Origin: an uncultured virus (IMG/VR IMGVR_UViG_3300049846_001482)
Lineage: Duplodnaviria > Heunggongvirae > Uroviricota > Caudoviricetes
Virus record (IMG/VR): IMGVR_UViG_3300049846_001482
Direction: 5' to 3' (one strand)
Length of the DNA stretch: 64,000 bases
Shown here: in pieces, positions 28,276 to 37,402 of the stretch
Numbering within the stretch: the first letter of the stretch is position 1
How the letters are laid out: each line of letters begins with the position of its first letter
Notes under the pieces: generated by a model
Told to the model about the DNA's origin: nothing
What the model saw: only the letters and a program-made list of their open reading frames with translations
Databases searched by the model: none
Position numbers and translations under genes: made by a program

Positions 28276-28622
28276 CTTATCCATACCACCCATTCAAGTT
28301 TGTCGTCAATGTCTTCGTGAAGTGGTTCTTCGTTGGTCATCCTATTGCTCTTCTGCAGCGTCTTAACAACGCTTTGGATGGCAGATTGTAAGACAGATAT
28401 CTTGTCCCCGAACTCATCTGCATTTGCAAACTCATCAATGTAGCTGTCCAAAAGGTTTTTCAAGGTACGAGAATACTCAAGATACCTATCATCAGAGACC
28501 AGTCTAACAGTCTTGATATCAATGACTCTGGGCTTTTCCTTCTTCAAATCAAAGATCACCCTAAGACCAAGTGGTTTGGGTTTGAGAGATTCAAGAAGGT
28601 CTGCTTGTCTGTAGGATATCAT
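28272..28622 (-). CDS. tag-A protein
   Basis: MISYRQADLLESL. Confidence 0.8.
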   Translation of the reverse strand: MISYRQADLLESLKPKPLGLRVIFDLKKEKPRVIDIKTVRLVSDDRYLEYSRTLKNLLDSYIDEFANADEFGDKISVLQSAIQSVVKTLQKSNRMTNEEPLHEDIDDKLEWVVWIR

Positions 28623-29032
28623 GCTTCTGTGATGAAGACGTGATCGCCGTCGTGTCCATACCAACGGTAGTCTTCTGGTCTTAGGATTTGATGTTGAGCC
28701 GTCTCTATGATCCCATTTTTAATGGAAGCAACTCTGCCGAAATCTTCATAACTCACTACGTCTTCTTTGTTCAAAAGCCGTAGGTTCTTCCTTTGTAATT
28801 CTTCATGCATATGCTTCATGAGAACAATGAGATTACCACCACGATCCCAGGTGGCATAGATGTTCTCTTTTGGAATTCCCCAACGCCCCTGTGTGTGACC
28901 CTCTGGACGATACTCTAATGCAGTATCACTCTCACCAAGATAGACTTTCTTCTTGTCTGTGAGAGGAAATATCTCGATAATGTATTTTGGACGCAGCGTT
29001 TCGAGCAGGTCTGCTTGGCGAAAAGATATCAT
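28619..29032 (-). CDS. tag-A protein, first gene of the array
   Basis: MISFRQADLLETL. Confidence 0.8.
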   Translation of the reverse strand: MISFRQADLLETLRPKYIIEIFPLTDKKKVYLGESDTALEYRPEGHTQGRWGIPKENIYATWDRGGNLIVLMKHMHEELQRKNLRLLNKEDVVSYEDFGRVASIKNGIIETAQHQILRPEDYRWYGHDGDHVFITEA

Positions 29033-29037
29033 ATACT

Positions 29038-29056
29038 TACTACTAAATTATAAGAT
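29038..29056 (-). promoter_or_regulatory. putative phage (late) promoter motif
   Basis: ATCTTATA-ATTTA-GTAGTA 5 nt before the ATG. Confidence 0.7.
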
Positions 29057-29069
29057 CTGAAAGTATAAC

Positions 29070-29414
29070 TTACCTGGGGAAACCAAAGTCATAGGTGATA
29101 GTTCGCATACCCACTAGTTCAGCGGGTTCAAAGTGAATGTTCCAACTTGTATCAATGACGATCATTCTATTTTGGAAGGGTGGAGCATCGGGAGCCCTGA
29201 CGATGTTCTCTTTAGCCTCTATCGTATCGTTCTTGTGCTCTGAGTTCGGACCCCAATTGATGACCCACTTGCCATTGTGTTCACCCACAATATGACCACG
29301 CATAGAGGGCATCGAGGGATGTCCGATGTATCTGCAGAAGTCCTCTGTGAACTTGACTCCACACATAAGATAGAGGGGTCGCTCTTTACCTTGAAGATAG
29401 TCTGTGCGTTTCAT
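29070..29414 (-). CDS. tag-B protein
   Basis: MKRTDYLQGK. Confidence 0.7.
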   Translation of the reverse strand: MKRTDYLQGKERPLYLMCGVKFTEDFCRYIGHPSMPSMRGHIVGEHNGKWVINWGPNSEHKNDTIEAKENIVRAPDAPPFQNRMIVIDTSWNIHFEPAELVGMRTITYDFGFPR

Positions 29415-29440
29415 AGTATAGATTTTACCTCTAGGCGGTT

Positions 29441-29469
29441 TTGTCATCAACTCATTTTTGCAGTATAAT
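29441..29469 (+). promoter_or_regulatory. sigma70-like promoter
   Basis: TTGTCA-17-TATAAT. Confidence 0.65.
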
Positions 29470-29492
29470 TAAGTATCACTATAGGGAGAACC

Positions 29493-29801
29493 ATGAAGAG
29501 ACAAGACTTTGCGGGTGGCAGGAAGATTCCCCACCTTAAATTTGAAAACAAATATGACACCGAAGCCGCTGTTCGAGAGTACCTGAACTCTTTGCCGCCC
29601 AAGGAACGAGATGAGGTCATCAAGGAGATGCTGAAGGCAATGGGTGTTAAGAATCCACACTCTGAAAAAGAGATCGTTGACCGAATAGTGGAAGCAGAAC
29701 TCAAGAAAGCAGAAGCAGTGGCAAAAGAGTTCTATGAAAGAGAAAAGCTCTCAGCCGTTTGGCCGAAAGCTTTTGAAGATGAAGAGACAGAGGGAGATTA
29801 G
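29493..29801 (+). CDS. tag-B protein
   Basis: MKRQDFAGGR; GGAG RBS. Confidence 0.7.
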   Translation: MKRQDFAGGRKIPHLKFENKYDTEAAVREYLNSLPPKERDEVIKEMLKAMGVKNPHSEKEIVDRIVEAELKKAEAVAKEFYEREKLSAVWPKAFEDEETEGD

Positions 29802-30235
29802 TCTCTCTCCATCTTTATTTTGTGTCGCTCTATTTCCTCTTCAAGAGCATCATTTGGAAGCGTTGTATCAACAACATAGGTCGCTATCTTCTTTAGTTTC
29901 TCCTCATCCTTGATCACCCCATAGTTTCTTTCAACAGTGAACTCCGTCACATCTCCAGGCAAGATAGTGTAGCCAGTTACTCCAATGTCATAGCCAGCGG
30001 GCTCATCTGGCGTATAGTAATCGCCACGAGAGCCCCTGCGGTAGTCTGCTACGTAAGCCACATAAAGGTCTCCAGAGTAAAACCTGTCTCCCATCTGCAC
30101 GTCATCAAATGAGTGGGTGTAGAACTCTTCGCCCTTATGTGCTGCCTGAAAGAGCCAACGAGCCTGGTTCTTCTCGTTTGACTGAACATGTTGCCTGACT
30201 TTTGGCAAAAGATCTGCTTGTCTGAATGAAATCAT
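29798..30235 (-). CDS. tag-A protein
   Basis: MISFRQADLLPKV. Confidence 0.8.
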   Translation of the reverse strand: MISFRQADLLPKVRQHVQSNEKNQARWLFQAAHKGEEFYTHSFDDVQMGDRFYSGDLYVAYVADYRRGSRGDYYTPDEPAGYDIGVTGYTILPGDVTEFTVERNYGVIKDEEKLKKIATYVVDTTLPNDALEEEIERHKIKMERD

Positions 30236-30591
30236 GAGAGGTCTATCTCCACTTCAACAAGGAATATGCCATCGAAAGCCTCTTTGGGGTTGCCAACCGT
30301 AGTCTTCTTGTATCTCTTTGCCATGTCCGCACAGATCTCTCTAACGGCTTTCCAAGAAGCATCTTTGTTCTTTACCGACCCGTGTTGGGTGTACTTCTTA
30401 TAGGTTGGAGATGCCTGTACCATGGAGTTTAGGGTCATCTCTGCTCCTGCTATCGGAGGAGTGACTGGAGAGATCTTCTTCAAGACTATGTTTCTCCATG
30501 CAGTAAACCAATGAAACTCCAACTCAAAGGTGGACTTGCCATCTTCGGTTCTGAGAGTATCAAGAAGGTCTGCTTGTCTGTATGATATCAT
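30232..30591 (-). CDS. tag-A protein
   Basis: MISYRQADLLDTL. Confidence 0.8.
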   Translation of the reverse strand: MISYRQADLLDTLRTEDGKSTFELEFHWFTAWRNIVLKKISPVTPPIAGAEMTLNSMVQASPTYKKYTQHGSVKNKDASWKAVREICADMAKRYKKTTVGNPKEAFDGIFLVEVEIDLS

Positions 30592-31052
30592 TTTAGTTGG
30601 AAGTAAACATAAGCAGAGTCGTATTCATGGGACGGCTCATGTATCTCGGTCTTTAGAATGGTTTGTCCTAACTTCTCCAATATCTTCTCTGCCGCAGCCT
30701 TGATGTTCTCCATGCCTACATTCTTAGATATCTTTCTGATATCTACAGGAATATACTCCTCAAACTCTGCATTGTTGCCAGTGACCTGAGCCCCTATGAG
30801 TGTGGGAGGAAATGACTTGAACTCATTGTTGATCTGTTCAGCCAATTCATCTGGAACAGTGGAGGCAAAGAAGACCGCTGGAACTCCATAGTAGTTCTCA
30901 ACCGAGCATTGCAGACCAAGGAATCGTCCCGGCAAAGAACTTGGGTCGCCATCTTTCTTCAAGACAGCATCCTCTTCATTCTCATCAATGCCAATGAACA
31001 GATCCTTTGGCTTCAATTGCTCAAGAAGATCTGCTTGTCGATGACTGATCAT
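30588..31052 (-). CDS. tag-A protein
   Basis: MISHRQADLLEQL. Confidence 0.8.
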   Translation of the reverse strand: MISHRQADLLEQLKPKDLFIGIDENEEDAVLKKDGDPSSLPGRFLGLQCSVENYYGVPAVFFASTVPDELAEQINNEFKSFPPTLIGAQVTGNNAEFEEYIPVDIRKISKNVGMENIKAAAEKILEKLGQTILKTEIHEPSHEYDSAYVYFQLK

Positions 31053-31495
31053 TCAATTCCCTTCGGAACCAACGTTGTGAAGATGCTAAAGTGACACTCA
31101 TAAGTATCGTTGAATTGCCAATTGGTCTTATGGTTATTTGGCATCAAAACAAATTCAACGTCCGTTATTTCAGGTCGTGACTTTAGATAGTTCTCAAACT
31201 CTTCTACTGATTGGACCCACTCAGCCCCACGCTTGCCGTGCCATAGGTGTGATCCTGGCTTCTCGGCTCCCAAGGATCTCTCGTAGTCATCAAAAATCTC
31301 AAAAGCCATCGCCAGCTCAACTGACCTTTTTGGAGCAAAATCCTGTCTATTCAAATCAATGACGTTGGTAATGTGAAGCAGTGATATGCGGTCATCGGAT
31401 GGATTACCTTCAGCGGCATGATGAACCGAAAGGTAAAATTTGATTTTACCCTTCTTGCGATATTCCAAAAGATCTGCTTGTCTGTATGATATCAT
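31049..31495 (-). CDS. tag-A protein
   Basis: MISYRQADLLEYR. Confidence 0.8.
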   Translation of the reverse strand: MISYRQADLLEYRKKGKIKFYLSVHHAAEGNPSDDRISLLHITNVIDLNRQDFAPKRSVELAMAFEIFDDYERSLGAEKPGSHLWHGKRGAEWVQSVEEFENYLKSRPEITDVEFVLMPNNHKTNWQFNDTYECHFSIFTTLVPKGIE

Positions 31496-31887
31496 GATGG
31501 CATTAGCATCCTTAGATGAATTCTTATTCCATTGTCGCCGCTCTTTGAATAGTCTCCCCCAATACACTCATCAATATATTCATAGATACCAGGAACGAAT
31601 TGATTCAAAACGAAATCTTCCAACGTCATATCTTCTGGCTGGCGCAATATGAAGTTCCTGGCCCCATAGACTTCAAGCAGATACTTGTTGAACTCATGAG
31701 ATACTATGCCATGTATAGAAGAGGCATAGTCGTATTTTTTTGGATCAGCACTATTAGTTAGTCCTTGTGCCAATGGAGTCAAACCAAGCATTCCCTTTTG
31801 ATTCAGCGGCCATATGGTTGTCTCAAAGACAACTGAATTCTCTTTGTCAAAAGACCTTAGAAGATCAGATTGTCTGTATGATATCAT
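31492..31887 (-). CDS. tag-A protein
   Basis: MISYRQSDLLRSF. Confidence 0.8.
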   Translation of the reverse strand: MISYRQSDLLRSFDKENSVVFETTIWPLNQKGMLGLTPLAQGLTNSADPKKYDYASSIHGIVSHEFNKYLLEVYGARNFILRQPEDMTLEDFVLNQFVPGIYEYIDECIGGDYSKSGDNGIRIHLRMLMPS

Positions 31888-32315
31888 TTTTTCACCATCG
31901 TAAGTATTATGCTTATGTGTTGGGTTACGCCCTCACCCTCAAGACGACATTCAATGGTGGCATCATAATCGAAGTCTCTATCAGAAATGGTATGATGATT
32001 GCCTTGTTGCTCCAAGTAGGACGAGATGTACTCATACTCTCTTTGCATGGCGTCATATGAGTTGTCCACCTTCTTTATGAAGTCAAACTCAGATTGCTTA
32101 TTGAAGGGCTTGCTATATCCAACATGCATCAAGGTATTCCCAATGACAATGTTGGCAAACTGAACCAGATCAGCCGATCCAGAACTATCAACCTTCATAC
32201 GATGGCAGTAGAATTCCACCGAGCTATAATTAGTAGGACGCCTTTCCCATATCTCTGATGTAAAGCGATGGGTGATGAGTTTCTTGAGAAGGTCTGCCTG
32301 CCGATAGCTAATCAT
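31884..32315 (-). CDS. tag-A protein
   Basis: MISYRQADLLKKL. Confidence 0.8.
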   Translation of the reverse strand: MISYRQADLLKKLITHRFTSEIWERRPTNYSSVEFYCHRMKVDSSGSADLVQFANIVIGNTLMHVGYSKPFNKQSEFDFIKKVDNSYDAMQREYEYISSYLEQQGNHHTISDRDFDYDATIECRLEGEGVTQHISIILTMVKK

Positions 32316-32752
32316 AGTATTGTCACCTGTATTGCTATCTCAACATAGTCGCCGTCTGGGTGATTGACTTCCCCTGTATCCCATCCAGTTGCCCTCTGAA
32401 CTCTTTCATCTTCACGAAACTTTTCAAGGATATAGCTCATTATATCTTCGATGTCCGTATACTGGACATCCTTCGTCTTCTTATAGACGATAGCCACAGC
32501 TTCCTTTAGCCACTTGTCAGCCCTCTCAGCGACATACTCCGCCTTCTCATCCAAAGACTTGCTGGCAGGCACTTCGTCGTTATAGTCTTCTCTGTGGACT
32601 TCTGTGTTGTGGTAGTCGAACCTCTTGCCCTTTGGTTGGTCTTGATCAAAGTCAAAGGTTACGTCAAATGTAATAGGGACATTGACGTGGGCATCGTCCT
32701 TTTGTTTTTGAACGAAAGACGGAAGGAGGTCGGCTTGTCTGTAACTGATCAC
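32312..32752 (-). CDS. tag-A protein
   Basis: GTG start, MISYRQADLLPSF. Confidence 0.8.
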   Translation of the reverse strand: MISYRQADLLPSFVQKQKDDAHVNVPITFDVTFDFDQDQPKGKRFDYHNTEVHREDYNDEVPASKSLDEKAEYVAERADKWLKEAVAIVYKKTKDVQYTDIEDIMSYILEKFREDERVQRATGWDTGEVNHPDGDYVEIAIQVTIL

Positions 32753-33147
32753 TTTGGTAACTCCAATATGAATGTGGCGATTCTTCCAGATATCATCTCG
32801 GATGGGTCTTCAATGATGTGGTCGTAAATCTTGAACCCAACACTCTTGAATGACTCTTTGAGAGCAGAGAGTACGTGGGCTATTTGATCTACATTAGACT
32901 CATCTGACTCGCCATTTACAGCCCAAGAAATGGTGCCATCTGCAGCCAAGTAAAATCCCACGTCGAAAAGAGCCGTTTGAACTCTAGCAGTGAGAGTAGA
33001 CTTCATCTCAGATGGAAACATGAGTGTCTTGATAAGATCAACCTCAAGGATATTACCGCCAGAGACATCTACTGAAAGATGAACCTCTGGAAGTTCTTCT
33101 GACTTCTCCAGACTTCTCAAGAGATCTGATTGTCTGAATGATATCAT
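32749..33147 (-). CDS. tag-A protein
   Basis: MISFRQSDLLRSL. Confidence 0.8.
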   Translation of the reverse strand: MISFRQSDLLRSLEKSEELPEVHLSVDVSGGNILEVDLIKTLMFPSEMKSTLTARVQTALFDVGFYLAADGTISWAVNGESDESNVDQIAHVLSALKESFKSVGFKIYDHIIEDPSEMISGRIATFILELPK

Positions 33148-33395
33148 AACTTCACTATCCTAGCCTTCTCTATCTTGTCTACAGTCTGGTCGCCGTCCCA
33201 AAGAACTTCAATGAAATCGGGTCCGAGGTCACAGACAGTGTTGAGAATACTTCCAACCAATTGATCAACATCATCTTGCTTCCACCCGCCACCAACCAGA
33301 TAATCCTTGTAGCTGTCTGATGGACGCACTCTATCGCCAACTCTGAAAGACTTGGAAAGACTATCAAGAAGATCAGAGTGGCGATAGGAGAGCAT
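33144..33395 (-). CDS. tag-A protein (SH3-like)
   Basis: MLSYRHSDLLDSL; TAATG overlap with the glucanase gene. Confidence 0.8.
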   Translation of the reverse strand: MLSYRHSDLLDSLSKSFRVGDRVRPSDSYKDYLVGGGWKQDDVDQLVGSILNTVCDLGPDFIEVLWDGDQTVDKIEKARIVKL

Positions 33396-34756
33396 TAGGC
33401 AGCAGACCCCGTGTACCAAGGCTGGAGTGTGATGGTCATGCCCTGAGGGTTGCCGTCAGCCATGTTGGAGCTATAGAGGTTGCAGGCATCATCGTAGGGG
33501 AAGGCGTAGTTGATGTGGTCGGTGCTGATGTCGTGAACCGTGAAGGCATACTCATTGTGAACGGTGCCACTGTAGAAGTTGTTGGGGTCACAGACCTTAG
33601 GCAGAGTTGCAACGCCACGGTTCATGGCTCCTGCTACGGCAGTCTTGATATTTCCATCCCACGTTCCATTGACTGGGTTAGTGACGTTGAAGACACCATT
33701 GCAGCTCATGAGGTCGGTGGTGGATGGCTTGTTGATGGTGAACTGGTTGCCAGTCGTTGATGGGTCTGGGAAGGTCAAGACACCATCCACAACATTGCCA
33801 GAGGTCGTGGTGCCGTAAGGGAAGCCAGCGTAGGCATCAAGATTGACATTGAAGTAGTTGCCAGGCTGCGAGAAGAAGTTCCAAACCTCATCGATGTATG
33901 GGTCCATGAGGTCGGCAGGGAACATGGGTCCATTGCCACTGACTCTTGAGAGAGCCATCTGAGGAGAAAGGATCCTTACGTAGTTGTCTGCGCTCTGTCC
34001 ATTCGACAAGACTATCTGATCTGTGTAAGCCTGATCCAAAGTGTTGAACTCGGCAAACGCCTCTGATCTTGTCTTGGTCAAACTGCCTGCGGACTGCTGT
34101 CCATTGTCAGTGCCAGTGAGTGACAGAAGGATAGGAAGACCAAAGCCATCAACAAGCGTTGTATTGCAATCCAACACCGTGACATCAGCGCCAAGGGCTT
34201 GGTTCTTATTGGTGAACTCAATCTTGTCGTTGACAACGAACCACCATGAGTCGCCAGTTGATGTAGTGCTAGGCATTGGTAGTCCGCTTGGTGACAGGGC
34301 TGGGTAGTAGGATGGAATCTCCCCAAAAGCAAACGTGACTCTTCCTGAGAAGAAGAATGGAACGTTGCCTGAGAAACTGTTGCCCTCTATCTTGTGGAAG
34401 TACTGGGAGAAGTCCTGTCCTGATTGAACCACCTGAGGATTGCCATTGGCATCCATGTATGACCACTGTCTTATGAGTGGATCGACGTTCCACTGATCAT
34501 TTTGTAGACCGATGATTGAGAAGTAGACGTTGCCAGTGTAGCCAGAGTTGTCTTGAATGAACAAGGGCACAGGAGAAACGCCAGAGGGAAGTGGTTGCGG
34601 CACTGGTGTCGGAGTTGGGTTGGGGATAGATGTCATGTCTACCGTGTGAGTGGTGCCGCTGAGTCCCTTGAATTTGAGTTTCATGTCATTGATGTCTACA
34701 AACAAGGATAGATCTCTTACAAAGGAAGGGTCTGTTGGTTCAAAATGATAGAGCAT
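33395..34756 (-). CDS. glycoside hydrolase family 64 (beta-1,3-glucanase)
   Basis: SGRVTFAFG, DKIEFT, NTTLVDGFGLP, RILSP, AMNRG, YAFPYDD; Pro/Thr linker after a short N-terminal domain; AGGAG RBS. Confidence 0.8.
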   Translation of the reverse strand: MLYHFEPTDPSFVRDLSLFVDINDMKLKFKGLSGTTHTVDMTSIPNPTPTPVPQPLPSGVSPVPLFIQDNSGYTGNVYFSIIGLQNDQWNVDPLIRQWSYMDANGNPQVVQSGQDFSQYFHKIEGNSFSGNVPFFFSGRVTFAFGEIPSYYPALSPSGLPMPSTTSTGDSWWFVVNDKIEFTNKNQALGADVTVLDCNTTLVDGFGLPILLSLTGTDNGQQSAGSLTKTRSEAFAEFNTLDQAYTDQIVLSNGQSADNYVRILSPQMALSRVSGNGPMFPADLMDPYIDEVWNFFSQPGNYFNVNLDAYAGFPYGTTTSGNVVDGVLTFPDPSTTGNQFTINKPSTTDLMSCNGVFNVTNPVNGTWDGNIKTAVAGAMNRGVATLPKVCDPNNFYSGTVHNEYAFTVHDISTDHINYAFPYDDACNLYSSNMADGNPQGMTITLQPWYTGSAA

Positions 34757-34792
34757 GGGTTCTCCTGTGGGGTTTGGAATAGATTATATACT

Positions 34793-34811
34793 TACTAGTA
34801 AATTATAAGAT
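34793..34811 (-). promoter_or_regulatory. putative phage (late) promoter motif
   Basis: ATCTTATA-ATTTA-CTAGTA. Confidence 0.7.
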
Positions 34812-34829
34812 CTGTCACTTACAAATAAG

Positions 34830-35153
34830 TTATACTAATCCACGCAATATGTTTATGATGGGTATCTCAAAATCTTGGCTGTCGTCCATATTGATGACCC
34901 TAATGGTTCCCGCTTCTAATTGGACGGCGATGTGATAGTGGCTCCAGGAAAACTCTGGATGTGGCTTCCAAGATTGGCGTTCAATTTGAAATTGGATGGC
35001 ATCAAATATCCAGTCTAAACTAAAGTCCTCACGTTTTTCCAAGATGTGATCGTGAGTAAAGGGCAATCGTCCTTCGCAGCCAGCAGCAAATCGCCAGAAG
35101 TCGTCCCTTCTCTCCTGGCTGATGTCATATTGAATGAAGTCATGTCTTTTCAT
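34830..35153 (-). CDS. tag-B protein
   Basis: MKRHDFIQYD. Confidence 0.7.
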   Translation of the reverse strand: MKRHDFIQYDISQERRDDFWRFAAGCEGRLPFTHDHILEKREDFSLDWIFDAIQFQIERQSWKPHPEFSWSHYHIAVQLEAGTIRVINMDDSQDFEIPIINILRGLV

Positions 35154-35162
35154 TTGGGCTCA

Positions 35163-35206
35163 ATTTTACGACATTTGAAAAGTGGTGTCAAGCGTTTTGG
35201 TATAAT
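35163..35206. promoter_or_regulatory. divergent sigma70-like promoters
   Basis: Minus strand TTGACA-17-TAAAAT (35163-35191); plus strand extended -10 TGGTATAAT (35198-35206). Confidence 0.65.
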
Positions 35207-35211
35207 GAGGT

Positions 35212-35745
35212 ATGAACAAAATATCATACTTACTCAACAAGAAGCGATTTACGCCCCAAGAGAAGGTCTCTGAGTGGGGCAATAAGATGACGCTTGAGCA
35301 TAAGCAGATCCTTTCAGAGAAGCAGAACATGGTCTGCGAGTATGTTCTGTTCCACAAGATAGAGAAAGTAGAAGACTGGAGATATGACCATGATGTTGAG
35401 TGGAACTATCGCAACGACGACATCATGTGGAGAGCCGCTGCCACAACCTGTATTCGTTGTTTTGGTGGACTAAGAGATGGTGAACTGACGGTTCGACACA
35501 ACGACATACGTGTTACGAGCGGGGCTGACATGATACCACTCTATGTCAAGTGGGCTTACAGGATCGCCGAAGGCGAATTCACCACTTGGAATGGAAAGAA
35601 CTACGCCGTCCTCCAGAACCCAGAGATGATGGAAAAATTGAGAAAGATTTACATGAGCCTTACAAAGCTAGATCATCCTGACCGCCTCCCAGAGTTCGTT
35701 GAATGCAAGTGTGAGAGATGCGGCAATGAATGGATAGTATTTTGA
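35212..35745 (+). CDS. tag-B variant zinc-binding protein
   Basis: MNKISYLLNK; CIRC and CKCERC. Confidence 0.65.
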   Translation: MNKISYLLNKKRFTPQEKVSEWGNKMTLEHKQILSEKQNMVCEYVLFHKIEKVEDWRYDHDVEWNYRNDDIMWRAAATTCIRCFGGLRDGELTVRHNDIRVTSGADMIPLYVKWAYRIAEGEFTTWNGKNYAVLQNPEMMEKLRKIYMSLTKLDHPDRLPEFVECKCERCGNEWIVF

Positions 35746-36449
35746 AGATCTTCTGCGACGTAGACGATACCGTTTGTCACAGCACCAAACCTGCTACTTG
35801 GGAGATGTTGTCTGAACTCAATCGACTCATCAACCTTGGTCATACCCTCATATTCATCAGTGGCTCAACCGTAGACCAAATCTATGCCCAAACCAAAGGT
35901 CTCGGTGGCGAGTATCATCTACTTGGAACATCAGGAACCATCTATGTCAAGGTAATCAATGGTGTGCAGCACTACATCTACTCACATGGTATGACCTCTG
36001 AACAGCGTAGCAAAGCCCGTATGGCTCTTGCTCACATCATTGTCAAACACGATCTTCCATCAGTCCCCGAACAACTCCAAGACAGATTCTCCCAAGTCAC
36101 CCTATCAGCCATCGGCCGCAATGCTGACTCTGCAGCCAAGAAGGCGTTTGATCCAGATGGATCCAAGCGTAGAGCGTGGATAGAGGAGTTGAAGCAGGAG
36201 TTGGGAGACGAATACAGCATCAAGTTGGGTGGCTCAACGTCGATTGACATTACCCTCAAGGGCATTGACAAGGGATGGGGAGTCAGGGAGATCATTGCCC
36301 ACAACAAGTGGGATGTCTCAGACTGCATCTTCTATGGTGACAAGTTGATGGAGGGTGGCAATGACTATGCGGTTAACGGAGTCATTCCATGTGTTCCAGT
36401 TACCGGCGTTGATGACACACTAGAGAGGTTTAGAAATGATTATCACTGA
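35730..36449 (+). CDS. phosphomannomutase-like HAD hydrolase (class IIB)
   Basis: DVDDT, ISGS, SAIGRNA, GGSTSIDI, FYGDKLMEGGNDY. Confidence 0.85.
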   Translation: MDSILKIFCDVDDTVCHSTKPATWEMLSELNRLINLGHTLIFISGSTVDQIYAQTKGLGGEYHLLGTSGTIYVKVINGVQHYIYSHGMTSEQRSKARMALAHIIVKHDLPSVPEQLQDRFSQVTLSAIGRNADSAAKKAFDPDGSKRRAWIEELKQELGDEYSIKLGGSTSIDITLKGIDKGWGVREIIAHNKWDVSDCIFYGDKLMEGGNDYAVNGVIPCVPVTGVDDTLERFRNDYH

Positions 36450-36918
36450 TCCAAAGCAGATACCCAGAGATGGGACAGTGGTAGCAACTTCTGGCTACTA
36501 CGATCCGCTCCACGTAGGACATCTGGAGTGTCTGGAGTTATCTAAGAAGATGGGTGACTTGCTGGTTGTCATAGTCAACAATGATGCTCAAGCTGCTCTC
36601 AAGAAGGGCAAGTCCTTCATGCCTGAGTCTGAGAGGGTCAAGATCATTGATGGACTACGTTGCGTGGACTATGTGTTCTTGTCGATTGACGAGGACCAGA
36701 CGGTGGTCAAGAGTCTTGCTGCTATAAACCCAACTGTCTTTACTAAGGGTGGTGATAGATTTGCTGGCGAGATACCTGAGGCAACTATCTGTAGGGCTTT
36801 GGGAATCAGAATGGTTGATGGACTTGGGTCTAAGATTCAGAGTTCAAGCAGTCTCATTGCTGGTGACGGGCACAAAGCTATCAAGGAATTTTTCGACACT
36901 CTTAAGCATCCCTCGTGA
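36436..36918 (+). CDS. cytidylyltransferase-like nucleotidyltransferase (TagD/RfaE-II family)
   Basis: SGYYDPLHVGH (HxGH), ERVKII, KGGD, SSS. Confidence 0.85.
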   Translation: MIITDPKQIPRDGTVVATSGYYDPLHVGHLECLELSKKMGDLLVVIVNNDAQAALKKGKSFMPESERVKIIDGLRCVDYVFLSIDEDQTVVKSLAAINPTVFTKGGDRFAGEIPEATICRALGIRMVDGLGSKIQSSSSLIAGDGHKAIKEFFDTLKHPS

Positions 36919-37077
36919 TATCTCTGGAAGCTTTTCTACGTGAAACTCAACATATCTGTCCTTCCCGACGAAAAATGGATGATCAACTACTACACGTAGT
37001 CCACCTACCTTTCTTTGCCAGATTGATCCCAATCCTATTCTTTTGTATTTATTGGATGCAAAATCTATGCGTTTCAT
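36844..37077 (-). CDS. tag-B protein
   Basis: MKRIDFASNK. Confidence 0.6.
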   Translation of the reverse strand: MKRIDFASNKYKRIGLGSIWQRKVGGLRVVVDHPFFVGKDRYVEFHVEKLPEISRGMLKSVEKFLDSFVPVTSNETA

Positions 37078-37310
37078 TCGGGCTCATAGAGTTGATATAG
37101 TAAGTCTTCCTCAATAGCTTGGCGTTGATCTTTGTCTATCCACCAAAACCTTCTTCCTCTATCTTCGGTCTGCCCATACAGGGTCAATTGAACCTTGTAA
37201 CCATCAGTCCATTGTAGGTAGTTGCTCGTCTCTTTCTTACGCCTCCAATTAGAAGGCATCTTTTCTTCAACAGTTTTCTTCTTGTTCATTAGGAAAGCAG
37301 TTCGGTTCAT
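37074..37310 (-). CDS. tag-B protein
   Basis: MNRTAFLMNK. Confidence 0.65.
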   Translation of the reverse strand: MNRTAFLMNKKKTVEEKMPSNWRRKKETSNYLQWTDGYKVQLTLYGQTEDRGRRFWWIDKDQRQAIEEDLLYQLYEPE

Positions 37311-37345
37311 GACATCCTCAGAGGTAGTACTAAGCATAGCCGATC

Positions 37346-37384
37346 AAAAGAAGAACACCAAACCTTTTTAGGTTGGTGTTCTTT
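37346..37384 (-). terminator. intrinsic terminator after the tag-A array
   Basis: AAGAACACCA..TGGTGTTCTT stem with T-rich tail on the minus strand. Confidence 0.7.
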
Positions 37385-37402
37385 AGTATAACTATTTAAA
37401 CC

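Noticed and set aside
29460..29478. TATA-ATTAA-GTATCA as another late motif
   Set aside because: The match is imperfect and is better explained by the overlapping TTGTCA-17-TATAAT sigma70-like promoter.
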